From: an uncultured Desulfobacter sp. | GTDB taxonomy: Bacteria; Desulfobacterota; Desulfobacteria; Desulfobacterales; Desulfobacteraceae | Assembly (NCBI GenBank): GCA_963665095.1 | Contig: OY762069.1 | Coordinates: forward strand, 2,272,001-2,336,000 | DNA length: 64,000 bases | Direction: 5' to 3' | Made by a program: the position numbers and the translations under genes | Notes under the pieces: model-generated | The model's input: only the letters and a program-made list of their open reading frames with translations | What the model was told of the DNA's origin: nothing | Database searches by the model: none | In this document: one piece after another, positions 1-9,340 of the stretch | Position numbering within the stretch: position 1 is the stretch's first letter | Layout: every line of letters starts with the position of its first letter

Positions 1-60
1 TCAGCTTCAAATCTCAAGCAGGATACAAAATATCTCATTTAAATTTTATACGCCCCGGAA

Positions 61-90
61 TAAAAAAGCGCCGTAACGGCGCTTTTTTAA
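61..90. terminator. Intrinsic terminator, probably bidirectional
   Basis: TAAAAAAGCGCCG-TAA-CGGCGCTTTTTTA: GC stem flanked by A and T tracts, downstream of the usp gene. Confidence 0.7.
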
Positions 91-129
91 ATGCTGTTTG
101 ATTATATAAAACCTTTATGAACCCCGTCC

Positions 130-522
130 CTATCTAAGAGAAACAACCGGGCAGCCCGCCTCCAGAATAACCACCTGGGCCGTAGACCCGAACAATAATT
201 TGCCCACTTTTGAACGACTTTTGACACCAATGATAATTTCATCCACCTCTTGCTCACCTGCAAAGGCAACTAAATCTTCCCCGGCATCCATACCGCGAAT
301 CAGAAGATGCTTTTCACACGGGACCCCCTGGTCTTTGAAAAAGGTTTCAGCCATATCAAGATTTTGTTCCGCTTCCAGAATCTTTTTCTGCTCTTTTTCA
401 GTCCCCTCAAACATTGAAGTAACTAACAGTACTGTGCCATCAAACGCCTTGGCATGTTCAACCCCAAGATCCAGCAGATCCTTGCCGATATTAATTCCTC
501 TGTATCCAATGAGAATCTTCAT
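130..522 (-). CDS. Universal stress protein (UspA family)
   Basis: MKILIGY start; C-terminal IIIGVKSRSKVGKLLFGSTAQVVILEAGCPVVSLR USP signature; 130 aa. Confidence 0.9.
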   Translation of the reverse strand: MKILIGYRGINIGKDLLDLGVEHAKAFDGTVLLVTSMFEGTEKEQKKILEAEQNLDMAETFFKDQGVPCEKHLLIRGMDAGEDLVAFAGEQEVDEIIIGVKSRSKVGKLLFGSTAQVVILEAGCPVVSLR

Positions 523-716
523 GTATCCCCTCCCCTTTTTTGCGCCTCTTTTTTAAGAAAGCGTCTATCAGACTGCCGGGTTTGTGTTCTCTTTATTCCG
601 GACCGGCTCCAGGAAACGAAAATTTAAGCCGGCCGGCTGCTGTCCAGTTAGTGAATAACCATCTACGTGATCACTTAAAAATAATGAATCAGCCGGTGTT
701 TAACAAGCTAAAAATA

Positions 717-992
717 TCAATCTTTCCGGATAAACATGCCAATAATCAGCAGGACAACGCCAAAGCCCATAAGTACCCATGCCAAATGCCATTCATAGAA
801 AAAGGCATACAATATATTATAGACCGTATCGTTTTCCACCCAGCCCAGAACTTTCTGGGCAACACCCTCGAAAAAAGTGGAAAGCGTCATACCCACAAGA
901 ACAGTGGCGGCGCCCATGAAATTGGCAAGGAATGCAAAAAATCCCAGCACCACTCCGGCAAGAACTGAAGCAATACCCAGTTTTGTAGTCAT
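717..992 (-). CDS. Small hypothetical membrane protein
   Basis: 91 aa with hydrophobic N- and C-terminal segments. Confidence 0.65.
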   Translation of the reverse strand: MTTKLGIASVLAGVVLGFFAFLANFMGAATVLVGMTLSTFFEGVAQKVLGWVENDTVYNILYAFFYEWHLAWVLMGFGVVLLIIGMFIRKD

Positions 993-1162
993 AATTTTTC
1001 CCGGATAATTGGTTAATAAAAATTTGATTGGAAGTGTTACTCGAATACCGCTGTTTTAATTTTCCGATTCATTGTATATGCAGGGTGAGTTGTCAGTCAA
1101 ACTTTTTCCTGCCTCTTTTATTTGAAGATTCGTTATGGTAAAGCTTGCAACGGATTTAAATT

Positions 1163-2743
1163 ATGACTTCAGCCGGCACGTTTAAAAAAATCGGATTTGC
1201 TTCCTTTATCATGATGGCATCGGTATTTGCCAGCAGGGTGATTGGCCTTGTCCGGGAAACCGCCATCGCCTGGATGGGTGGCGCCAGTGCCGGGGTTGAT
1301 GCCTACCAGGTCGCATTTGTCATTCCTGAAATTTTAAACCATATTGTGGCATCAGGTTTTTTATCCATCACTTTTATTCCCATTTTTACCGCTTACCTTG
1401 TCCGGGAAAAGGAGAAGGAAGGGTTCAGGGTATTTTCCATTATTTTCAACTGCTTTGGTTCCGGTCTGTCTGTTTTCATCGTGCTGTCCATTTTATTTGC
1501 CCCGGAACTGATCCGGATACTTGCCCCGGGCATAACAGACAGCGCAGCATTTGACCTTGCCGTTCGCATGACACGAATTATCATTCCAGCCCAGTTCTTC
1601 TTTTTTGCGGGCGGACTGTTTAATGCCATCCAGTTTTCAAAGGAGCGGTTTCTCTTTCCGGCGTTAGGTCCTTTGATTTACAACACCGGCATTATCCTGG
1701 GCGGCGTGCTTTTATATCCGCTCATGGGAATGGAAGGGTTTGCCTGGGGGGTACTGCTCGGCGCGTTTTGCGGCAGTTTTCTGCTCCAGCTGTTTGGCGC
1801 CCGGAAAGCAGGGCTGACCTATGTACCAAGTTTCAATTTCAAACATCCGGATATGATCAGATATGTGCTGTTGACCCTGCCGCTGATGGTAGGGCTCACC
1901 ATGACATTTTCCACGGAAATCCTGATGAAATTCTTTGGCTCGTTTTTAAGTGAAGGAAGTATTTCCGCCATGAATTATGCCCTTCGCATCATGTTTATCC
2001 TGGTGGGACTGTTTGGCCAGGCTGTGGGTGTGGCATCCTACCCGTTCATGGCAAAAATTGCCGCAGAAAATGACCTGTCAGGCCTGAACCGCATCATCAA
2101 CCAGACACTGAAATATATCTTTATCGTCATGCCCTTTTCCGTATTGTTCATGGTGCTGAACAAAGAGGTGGTGGCAGTCCTGTTCCAGCGCGGGGCCTTT
2201 GATGCCCATGATGCCGCACTGACATCCGGGGTTCTTCCCTTTTTCATGGCAGGCGCCTTTGCCTTTTCCGCCCAGACCATTGTGTCCCGGGGATTTTTTG
2301 CCATCCAGAACACCTTGTTCCCCGCCCTTTTTTCATCAGTCTGCGTGCTGCTCAGTCTGCCGCTGCTCTATCTGGCCATGGCCACCATGGGCATTAAAGG
2401 CGTGGCACTAGGACTGTCTTTATCCGTTATCCTGAGCACAGCTGCCCTGTTTGAAGTCTGGAACCGGAAAACCGGAAATAGTGACAAGTCAGGGGTGTAT
2501 AAATTTTTTCTGGTAATGGTGCTGGTCAGTATCGCAGCCTGGGTGGTTCTGAAAGGCGCCTATACCGCTATTGTCCTGGTCATCCCCGCCCGGGGGATCC
2601 TGCCGGACATCTCAGTCTGCGTCCTGGTAGGATCTATTTTTCTGGGATTTCTGGGAGGCATCGGCAAAATCTTCAATATCAGGGAAATCAACAGCCTGTA
2701 TGTCAGGATTCTTACCAAAACCCGCCTTAAAAAGAATCGTTGA
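1163..2743 (+). CDS. murJ: Lipid II flippase MurJ (MviN)
   Basis: SRVIGLVRE...DAYQVAFVIPE and LFQRGAFD motifs; many TM helices; 526 aa. Confidence 0.95.
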   Translation: MTSAGTFKKIGFASFIMMASVFASRVIGLVRETAIAWMGGASAGVDAYQVAFVIPEILNHIVASGFLSITFIPIFTAYLVREKEKEGFRVFSIIFNCFGSGLSVFIVLSILFAPELIRILAPGITDSAAFDLAVRMTRIIIPAQFFFFAGGLFNAIQFSKERFLFPALGPLIYNTGIILGGVLLYPLMGMEGFAWGVLLGAFCGSFLLQLFGARKAGLTYVPSFNFKHPDMIRYVLLTLPLMVGLTMTFSTEILMKFFGSFLSEGSISAMNYALRIMFILVGLFGQAVGVASYPFMAKIAAENDLSGLNRIINQTLKYIFIVMPFSVLFMVLNKEVVAVLFQRGAFDAHDAALTSGVLPFFMAGAFAFSAQTIVSRGFFAIQNTLFPALFSSVCVLLSLPLLYLAMATMGIKGVALGLSLSVILSTAALFEVWNRKTGNSDKSGVYKFFLVMVLVSIAAWVVLKGAYTAIVLVIPARGILPDISVCVLVGSIFLGFLGGIGKIFNIREINSLYVRILTKTRLKKNR

Positions 2744-2830
2744 CTCATTTCTGGACGCTTGAGTAACTAATGTTATTTAGTTCTCCAACAACTTAATTAA
2801 TACATTAAACAGATTCCTAAAAACAAATAA

Positions 2831-3091
2831 TCAGGCACTTTGGGAATCAACATAATCCTGGAGAACATTATTGATTTCAGTCTGCCAGCCTTTACCACGT
2901 GCTTTGAAAAAATCCAAAATCTCAGGGTCGAGTCGGATGGTGGTCGATTTTTTCGGGTTGGCCTTCTTTGGACGGCCTTGTTTTACAAGTCCCTGTAGTT
3001 CGGGAAAATCGCTTATATGCTTCATTGATTTAAAGTTTTGGGTGGTCATTTCTCTGACTTCCCCGGATTCATTTGTTAAAGACTTGTTCAT
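2831..3091 (-). CDS. brnA: BrnA-family antitoxin
   Basis: GRPKKANPKKSTTIRLDPEILDFFKARGKGWQTEINNVL is the BrnA ribbon-helix-helix signature. Confidence 0.9.
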   Translation of the reverse strand: MNKSLTNESGEVREMTTQNFKSMKHISDFPELQGLVKQGRPKKANPKKSTTIRLDPEILDFFKARGKGWQTEINNVLQDYVDSQSA

Positions 3092-3161
3092 ATCTCTTAA
3101 CCTCCCGTTTATTTGCTTTTCGAAAACTTATAACCCTTATGCCACCTTCAATGTGATAGGA
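3069..3161 (-). pseudogene. brnT: 3' remnant of a BrnT toxin gene, truncated at the CRISPR array trailer
   Basis: Manual translation SYHIEGGIRVISFRKANKREVKRYEQVFNK* matches the BrnT C-terminus and overlaps the brnA start; no start codon, in-frame TGA inside the adjacent repeat. Confidence 0.8.
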
Positions 3162-4627
3162 GTCTCAATCCTCTCTAATCGAGGCATTCGTTCTGACCGT
3201 ATGCTACGAGTACTTCGGGCTTGAGCCTGATTAGTCTCAATCCTCTCTAATCGAGGCATTCGTTCTGACACATCACGTATGTTGACATACAGCCTATCGC
3301 CCTTGTCTCAATCCTCTCTAATCGAGGCATTCGTTCTGACCAATCCAAATCCAGTTGCAGTTGAGATTGCACAGAGTCTCAATCCTCTCTAATCGAGGCA
3401 TTCGTTCTGACCAGTCGAGGAGTTCGTTAAGGAAGGCCGAGAGTTGGTCTCAATCCTCTCTAATCGAGGCATTCGTTCTGACACAAAAATAAAATAAGGA
3501 GTTACGAAAAATGAAAAAGTCTCAATCCTCTCTAATCGAGGCATTCGTTCTGACGCTGACGAAAAAGCTGCTAAGTTCTAAACAATCACTGTCTCAATCC
3601 TCTCTAATCGAGGCATTCGTTCTGACTTACACCTATGAAGGCGTATCGTTACAACAAACTAGTCTCAATCCTCTCTAATCGAGGCATTCGTTCTGACCAA
3701 ACAGGAGCAGCAGCATGAACGAGTTTTTTGATGTCTCAATCCTCTCTAATCGAGGCATTCGTTCTGACCCAGCAGAGGAGTCCTGGTTCTTTGAGGCGGT
3801 AGGAGTCTCAATCCTCTCTAATCGAGGCATTCGTTCTGACCTACTTCTTGAAAAAAGCTAATCGCGATGAAAGACGAGTCTCAATCCTCTCTAATCGAGG
3901 CATTCGTTCTGACGGTGCTGAATTATTGAAAAGGAAAGATGTCCACAAGTCTCAATCCTCTCTAATCGAGGCATTCGTTCTGACAGTAAGGAGAAAAAAC
4001 ATGAAAACTTCCACCAGAAGTCTCAATCCTCTCTAATCGAGGCATTCGTTCTGACTTTGTGATATCTTTGGGAACTAAATTTAAAGGGGAAGTCTCAATC
4101 CTCTCTAATCGAGGCATTCGTTCTGACGTCTTACCAGAACCAGGAGGGCCATAGAACAAAAGATGTCTCAATCCTCTCTAATCGAGGCATTCGTTCTGAC
4201 CACTTGACGCTGTTAAAGCGGTGTTAGGCTGTGATAGGTCTCAATCCTCTCTAATCGAGGCATTCGTTCTGACTAAAAACAATGCTTGCAGAGGAGGCGA
4301 CAAATGATGTCTCAATCCTCTCTAATCGAGGCATTCGTTCTGACAAAGCTGAAATCAACGCGAAAAACAGAGCGGAAATGTCTCAATCCTCTCTAATCGA
4401 GGCATTCGTTCTGACTCCCGCAAAGGACGAACCATAAAAAAGGTTTTGTGTCTCAATCCTCTCTAATCGAGGCATTCGTTCTGACACATGAGTGGCTGTA
4501 TTAGCTGTCGTGGTCTATACGTCTCAATCCTCTCTAATCGAGGCATTCGTTCTGACACATCAGAAAGAGTTGATTGATACGCTGCGTAAATGTCTCAATC
4601 CTCTCTAATCGAGGCATTCGTTCTGAC
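3162..4627 (-). CRISPR. CRISPR array 1: 21 identical 36-nt repeats, 20 spacers of about 34-37 nt
   Basis: Plus-strand repeat GTCTCAATCCTCTCTAATCGAGGCATTCGTTCTGAC; minus-strand form ends in ATTGAGAC and has a CCTC/GAGG hairpin; leader at 4628-4866. Confidence 0.99.
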
Positions 4628-4866
4628 TCTGGGTATCTGGACGCCTTGTCCCCCAAGGGTTTCCAGGGGCGTTTTGACGGACCTGGGCGTTTTTCGGGGT
4701 TTGGAAAAAAATGTAACAGTCCAATCGGGCCGTTTTAAAGGCTAATTGTTTAATTTTATTAATCATATCAATTTGACGGACCTCTTTTACTTTTTCAGAA
4801 GGTGATCCGGCGCTCTTTCAACGGTTTCTTTAACCGCATGAAACACAAATTGCCAAAGAACACCAT
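4628..4866 (-). promoter_or_regulatory. CRISPR leader 1
   Basis: Partly AT-rich; shares blocks with leader 2 (TCTGGGTATCTG, TGACGGACCT twice, TTTTCGGGGTTTGGAAAAAA). Confidence 0.85.
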
Positions 4867-5886
4867 TTAATTCAAAAACCCTGCTGGTTGGTATCCCTGC
4901 CCGGGGTCCAGAAGATAGTCCGCAAAGGAGCGGACCTGGGCCTGGACAGTACGGCGGTATGAGGACGGCCCTCTCATTAACTCCTCATACGCGGAAATAA
5001 ATGTCCGGTAGAGGTGGGGCTTCATCTCCACAGGCCGTCTCTTTTCCATCTCCTGCTCATCGGCAAAGGTTTTAACTTTATCTTCCCGATAATGAAAATC
5101 TTCAGGCGTGACCATTTTGCGGTTGAGCAGGTTCAAAACAAACCGGTCACCGATCATGCACCGGTATTCTTCAACCAGATCGCAGGCCAGGGACGGGCGG
5201 CCATAGGCAATCTCGTGCAGGGTGCCCATATAAGGATCCAGGCCACAACTTTTTATTGCGGATATCACTTCATTTGTCAACAACGTATAAACAAAGGAAA
5301 GCAGTGCATTGACCGGGTCTTTGGGCGGCCGCCGGTTCCGGTTGGGGAAATGGAATCCGGGATTGCGTATCAGCAGATTAAACACACTGAAATAAATCCG
5401 GGTACCGGCGCCTTCAACCCCCCGGACAACATCGGGGTCACACGCCCTGTCCAGTGTGCCGGACAGTGATTTCAAGGCAGCAGCCGCCGCCTTAAGCTTA
5501 TCCTCTTTATAATCCCGCCCCCGCCGGGCCAGAAACTGGGACATATTCTTCAACTTCCCATGGACAAGTATTTTCATCACCCCCAGTTTGAAGGCCGGCT
5601 CATCAAGCTTGAGGTACTGGGCTTTTCTCAAGGCCACATGCTTGTGCTCGTCCACCATCAGCCGGGCACGGAAGCGGCCGGTGGGCGTCAGAAACACGGT
5701 CTCCACCCGTTGCCGGATCAGATAGTCCATGACCGGGCCGCTCAAAGAGATGTTCCCGGTGAGCACCAGTTTGTCCAGACCCTTGGCCGGCAGGGTATCC
5801 AGGGTCTGCCCCTGCTTTGCAACCACCAGGCTGTCCCCGTTTTTCCGGATATAGGCCCCCTGCCAGGCCACATAAATGGTTTCCAT
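4867..5886 (-). CDS. cas1: CRISPR-associated integrase Cas1
   Basis: VRGVEGAGTRIYF, RNRRPPKDPVNALLSFVY, GLDPYMGTLH, SLACDLVEEYR motifs; no RT or Cas4 fusion. Confidence 0.97.
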   Translation of the reverse strand: METIYVAWQGAYIRKNGDSLVVAKQGQTLDTLPAKGLDKLVLTGNISLSGPVMDYLIRQRVETVFLTPTGRFRARLMVDEHKHVALRKAQYLKLDEPAFKLGVMKILVHGKLKNMSQFLARRGRDYKEDKLKAAAAALKSLSGTLDRACDPDVVRGVEGAGTRIYFSVFNLLIRNPGFHFPNRNRRPPKDPVNALLSFVYTLLTNEVISAIKSCGLDPYMGTLHEIAYGRPSLACDLVEEYRCMIGDRFVLNLLNRKMVTPEDFHYREDKVKTFADEQEMEKRRPVEMKPHLYRTFISAYEELMRGPSSYRRTVQAQVRSFADYLLDPGQGYQPAGFLN

Positions 5887-5900
5887 GGAAAGGCTCCTGC

Positions 5901-7649
5901 CTATTTCAAAAATTTTTCAAGCTGGATAAGCGCTGTTTTCATGTTCTCCACAGCATCGCTCAAATTCTCTATCTTTTCTGACTTCCGGGTGCCCTCCTTT
6001 GCCACATTAGCCCATGATGCAAGATGGATCAGCGGATGAAGGTACCCGGTCTCATCCGGCTCAAGCCGGCAATATTCCCGGTCATACCCGGTGAGCGAAT
6101 GAATCCGCCGGCAGCCCAGGGGCGTGCCCCGAACGCGGCTGAGTTTATAATCCACCATGTGGGGGTTATACCCGTTTGCCCCGGACATCAGATAGTGCAC
6201 CATCCGCTTTGCTCCGGGCAGAAACCCCAGGGTCTGAAATATGATTTTCTCTTCTCTGGCCGCCAGGGTGCGGCGCTCGCGGACCAGGACGAACAGACGC
6301 CCCAGGGCAGGACACTTTCTTTCCAGTTCGAACAGCTCAGGAATTTTTTCATTAAGCGCCGCCATTTCCGGATGCATGATCAGCCGGGCCTCGGCAACTC
6401 TGTCAGCCCCGGTTTTTATCATGTCCGGCTTTGATCTGGCCACGGTATTCAGGAATCTGAGCTGGGCATCCACCGCCTTTCCCGGGCAGTCCGGGAAAAA
6501 GGAACGCTGACCGGTCAGCCGGTGAATGCCCAGGGGCAGTTTGACCAGGTTGCCAAGGCCCTTTCCGGACAGATGGTCCTGCTTGGGAAACACCTCCAGG
6601 CTGAAACAGGTCAGGTCCGGAGCCAGTGTGTCACAGATCCCGGACAGGGCTTTGCGGATCAGGCCGGCCGGCACAGGAGATTCCATGAAAAACCAGAAGT
6701 GATATCCCTTGCCCCCGCTGAATTCCACCACCGGAAACAGCCCAAGCGGTCCGGATGCCTCACTGATCCGTGCCGCCATATATGCCCGGTCCTTCCTGAT
6801 ATTGGATTTTGCTTTTGCATCCAGGGTCGCATGCCGCAGGTCAGGCACAAGATCGGCGTCTATCACCCCGCATTTCACCCGGGAATCGGTATCCATAAGA
6901 TAGAAGCCATAGGTCCTGGCCCCCTTGAAATGATCTTCCACATCCTCGCCGGTCATGGGCCGCCGGACCGGCACGTAACCGGCACTTTTTTTCTGCCGGT
7001 CCGCCCACTGCCGGGCAAAAAGATCGGGCCGGCCCAGAAAAAGCGCCATGAAATTTGAAACAAGGCCCTGCCTTTCATGCATCTGCTCAAACGGGGCAAA
7101 CGAGGCCTTCAGCCCATTTGCTCCGACCTGCTCGTGGTTCAAAGCCGGCCCACCCGGCCTGATCCAGGACAGGACCCGGTCCTTGCCCAGATTCATGCCG
7201 GCCTGCTGAACAGCGGCGGCCAGCGCCTCCTTTCTGTCCAGGATGTCCAGCAGTTCAATGCGGGCTTTCCATGCCGGTTCAGACCCGGGATGCTTTCCGG
7301 CCAGATCTTTGTATATATCCAGGGCCGTATCCATGCAGCCTGCGATCTGGGCTATCCCGGCCCACGCCATGGCCTGCTCAGGGGTCAACTGTTCCCAGAT
7401 CTGCCTTTTTTCAAGGACCCTGCGGCATTTCAGATTCTCATTATCCTTGAGTACCGCCGCCTCAAGCTGCCGCACCAGAAGGGTGTAATCCGCACTGCCG
7501 TGAACGGTCCGGGGGTCTGTTTTCAGGGACGATTTCATATCTGACATCCAAGGTTTTCCGCCAAAGGCTGTTTTAATTTGATTGGTTTCGGACCATGGCC
7601 CGGAGCCGGTCCAGTTTCGGGTAAAACCGGCATGAGGATTCAAGCTCAC
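5901..7649 (-). CDS. CRISPR-associated primase-polymerase (CAPP; AEP family with N-terminal TPR); true start probably near 7547
   Basis: AEP motifs VIDAD, EFSGGKGYHFWF, FPKQ, GKGLGNLVKLPLG; Cys-containing C-terminal region; adjacent to cas1. Confidence 0.88.
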   Translation of the reverse strand: MSLNPHAGFTRNWTGSGPWSETNQIKTAFGGKPWMSDMKSSLKTDPRTVHGSADYTLLVRQLEAAVLKDNENLKCRRVLEKRQIWEQLTPEQAMAWAGIAQIAGCMDTALDIYKDLAGKHPGSEPAWKARIELLDILDRKEALAAAVQQAGMNLGKDRVLSWIRPGGPALNHEQVGANGLKASFAPFEQMHERQGLVSNFMALFLGRPDLFARQWADRQKKSAGYVPVRRPMTGEDVEDHFKGARTYGFYLMDTDSRVKCGVIDADLVPDLRHATLDAKAKSNIRKDRAYMAARISEASGPLGLFPVVEFSGGKGYHFWFFMESPVPAGLIRKALSGICDTLAPDLTCFSLEVFPKQDHLSGKGLGNLVKLPLGIHRLTGQRSFFPDCPGKAVDAQLRFLNTVARSKPDMIKTGADRVAEARLIMHPEMAALNEKIPELFELERKCPALGRLFVLVRERRTLAAREEKIIFQTLGFLPGAKRMVHYLMSGANGYNPHMVDYKLSRVRGTPLGCRRIHSLTGYDREYCRLEPDETGYLHPLIHLASWANVAKEGTRKSEKIENLSDAVENMKTALIQLEKFLK

Positions 7650-8949
7650 TTAAAAGCTGGTCTGCTTTATCAACCTGCCCGGCTTTAAAGGCCAGAAAAC
7701 TTTGCCAGAACAGCCCCTCATAAAAGACATTGCCAAAGGTCCGGCTGAAAAACTGACAGGCCTTGTCCGCACAGGTCATGCCGGCGGCCCAGTCCCCCCG
7801 GGTGTATTCAATTTTGGCCAGGCGGATCAGGCTGACATGGCGGGATCTTGAATCCCTTTCACACACCTGTTCAAGGATCTGCCGGGCCTTGTCAAACCGG
7901 CCGGCCGTGCACAGCACATCGGCCTCGGTCCAGCGGTAGTAGGGCCGCCGGAACCGTTCCGGAATCCCGTCAATGGTCTCCTGTGCCTTGTCCGGCTTAC
8001 CCAGAGCAAGGTATGTCCGGGCCAGAAGCTCATGGATAAAATCCTTTGACGCGCCTTTCCCGCTGCTTTGAAGGGCAAACAGCAACGCGTTTTTGGCGTC
8101 ATCAAACCGGTCCAGCTGAAAATGGATTTTACCCAGTGCAAAGTATTTAAACGCCAGGCTGATGTACTGGGTCTGCTCATCCTGCTGGAGGCAGAGCGAA
8201 ATCCGTTCCAGGGCTTTCCCGCCGTTCCCGGCTGCCAGCAGCAGGCTTGCCGACCGGTACACGGATTTGATGTAGTTTTTCTTCTCCTGGTGGCGGTCAG
8301 ACCGCTGCGCATCAGAAAGCGTTTCCCAGTTGGCCACAGCCTTTTCAAACTGCTCAAGACCGGGGTTTGGCTTATTCTCTATCTGAGAAAAAAGCATGCC
8401 CCGGCGGTAAAAACAGGTCACACCGTCAGGCCGCAGCTCCTGGGCTTTTTTAAAATGCGCATGGGCCAGGGCGATCCGATCCGCTTTTGCCTTGCCGGCC
8501 AGAAACATTTTTTTGTTCTTTGCCTCATACAGGCTGTTGTATGCGGTGTATGCAAGTGATGAACGGGACAAAAAATTATCCGGTTCCGCATCCACACAGA
8601 TCTCAAGCTCTTTGATGGCCTCATCAAACCGCCCGAGCTGCCCCAGGGCAAAAGCCAGCTTCCGGCGCACCTGAACAGCCGCATCGGCCCGGACCAGGTC
8701 CGGCAGTTTTTCTTCAACCGGATGGTAAAGACCAACAATATCGTCCCAGCGCGCACCCTTTTCCAGGGCATCAATATCTGCCAGCACACCATTCCTGGTT
8801 TTCTTGATGTACTGCCCCTTTTCAACGCCGAAAAGTTCCTGATCCGAGAACAGTTCCGCCTGAACAGCGTTGGAAACCGATTTTTCCGAAACAGGTTCCA
8901 CTGTCTGCACGGACCCGATAATTCTTGCTGCTGTCTGAAGTGTCGCCAT
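7573..8949 (-). CDS. TPR-repeat protein associated with CAPP
   Basis: Multiple TPR-like repeats (LAFALGQLGRFDEAIKEL, LGKIHFQLDRFDDAKNAL, LARTYLALGKPDKA); SD AAAGGAGG before ATG at 8949. Confidence 0.85.
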   Translation of the reverse strand: MATLQTAARIIGSVQTVEPVSEKSVSNAVQAELFSDQELFGVEKGQYIKKTRNGVLADIDALEKGARWDDIVGLYHPVEEKLPDLVRADAAVQVRRKLAFALGQLGRFDEAIKELEICVDAEPDNFLSRSSLAYTAYNSLYEAKNKKMFLAGKAKADRIALAHAHFKKAQELRPDGVTCFYRRGMLFSQIENKPNPGLEQFEKAVANWETLSDAQRSDRHQEKKNYIKSVYRSASLLLAAGNGGKALERISLCLQQDEQTQYISLAFKYFALGKIHFQLDRFDDAKNALLFALQSSGKGASKDFIHELLARTYLALGKPDKAQETIDGIPERFRRPYYRWTEADVLCTAGRFDKARQILEQVCERDSRSRHVSLIRLAKIEYTRGDWAAGMTCADKACQFFSRTFGNVFYEGLFWQSFLAFKAGQVDKADQLLSELESSCRFYPKLDRLRAMVRNQSN

Positions 8950-9340
8950 GAGTGCCTCCTTTAAATTGCCTGTTTTCTGACACATACTACGGAGACGAAT
9001 TCATAATTTTTAAATTTCAGGCTCAAAAAATCTTAAATATTACAACGCAATATCAGGGTGATGTCGCCATGCTGTCAAAGGCGGCACCGGAAGAAACCTT
9101 GAAGCTGTCCTGCCATGCACGATACCCCCCCCTTCCAGCCTTCCTGTCCATATTGACTTCTTTTTTCCCTTTTAATAGGATGCGCAATGATCTGATACCA
9201 CCATGATTTCTTCCCGGCGGCACCAATGGTGAAAGTTCTGGTTAAAGCCTGACCGCCGGGGGATTGGCCGGCCGGCAGAATACCGCCTGCAAAAGAATCG
9301 GGAACTCTTTTTACTGCATTTGTTGAAACGGGATTGAGAC

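Noticed and set aside
3848..4171. ORFs 3848-4036 and 3962-4171, the latter with a Walker A motif
   Set aside because: Read-through of repeats and spacers; the Walker A comes from a single spacer
4867..5886. RT-Cas1 or Cas4-Cas1 fusion as the cause of spacer strand bias
   Set aside because: 339-aa stand-alone Cas1 with no YxDD or Cas4 cysteine motifs
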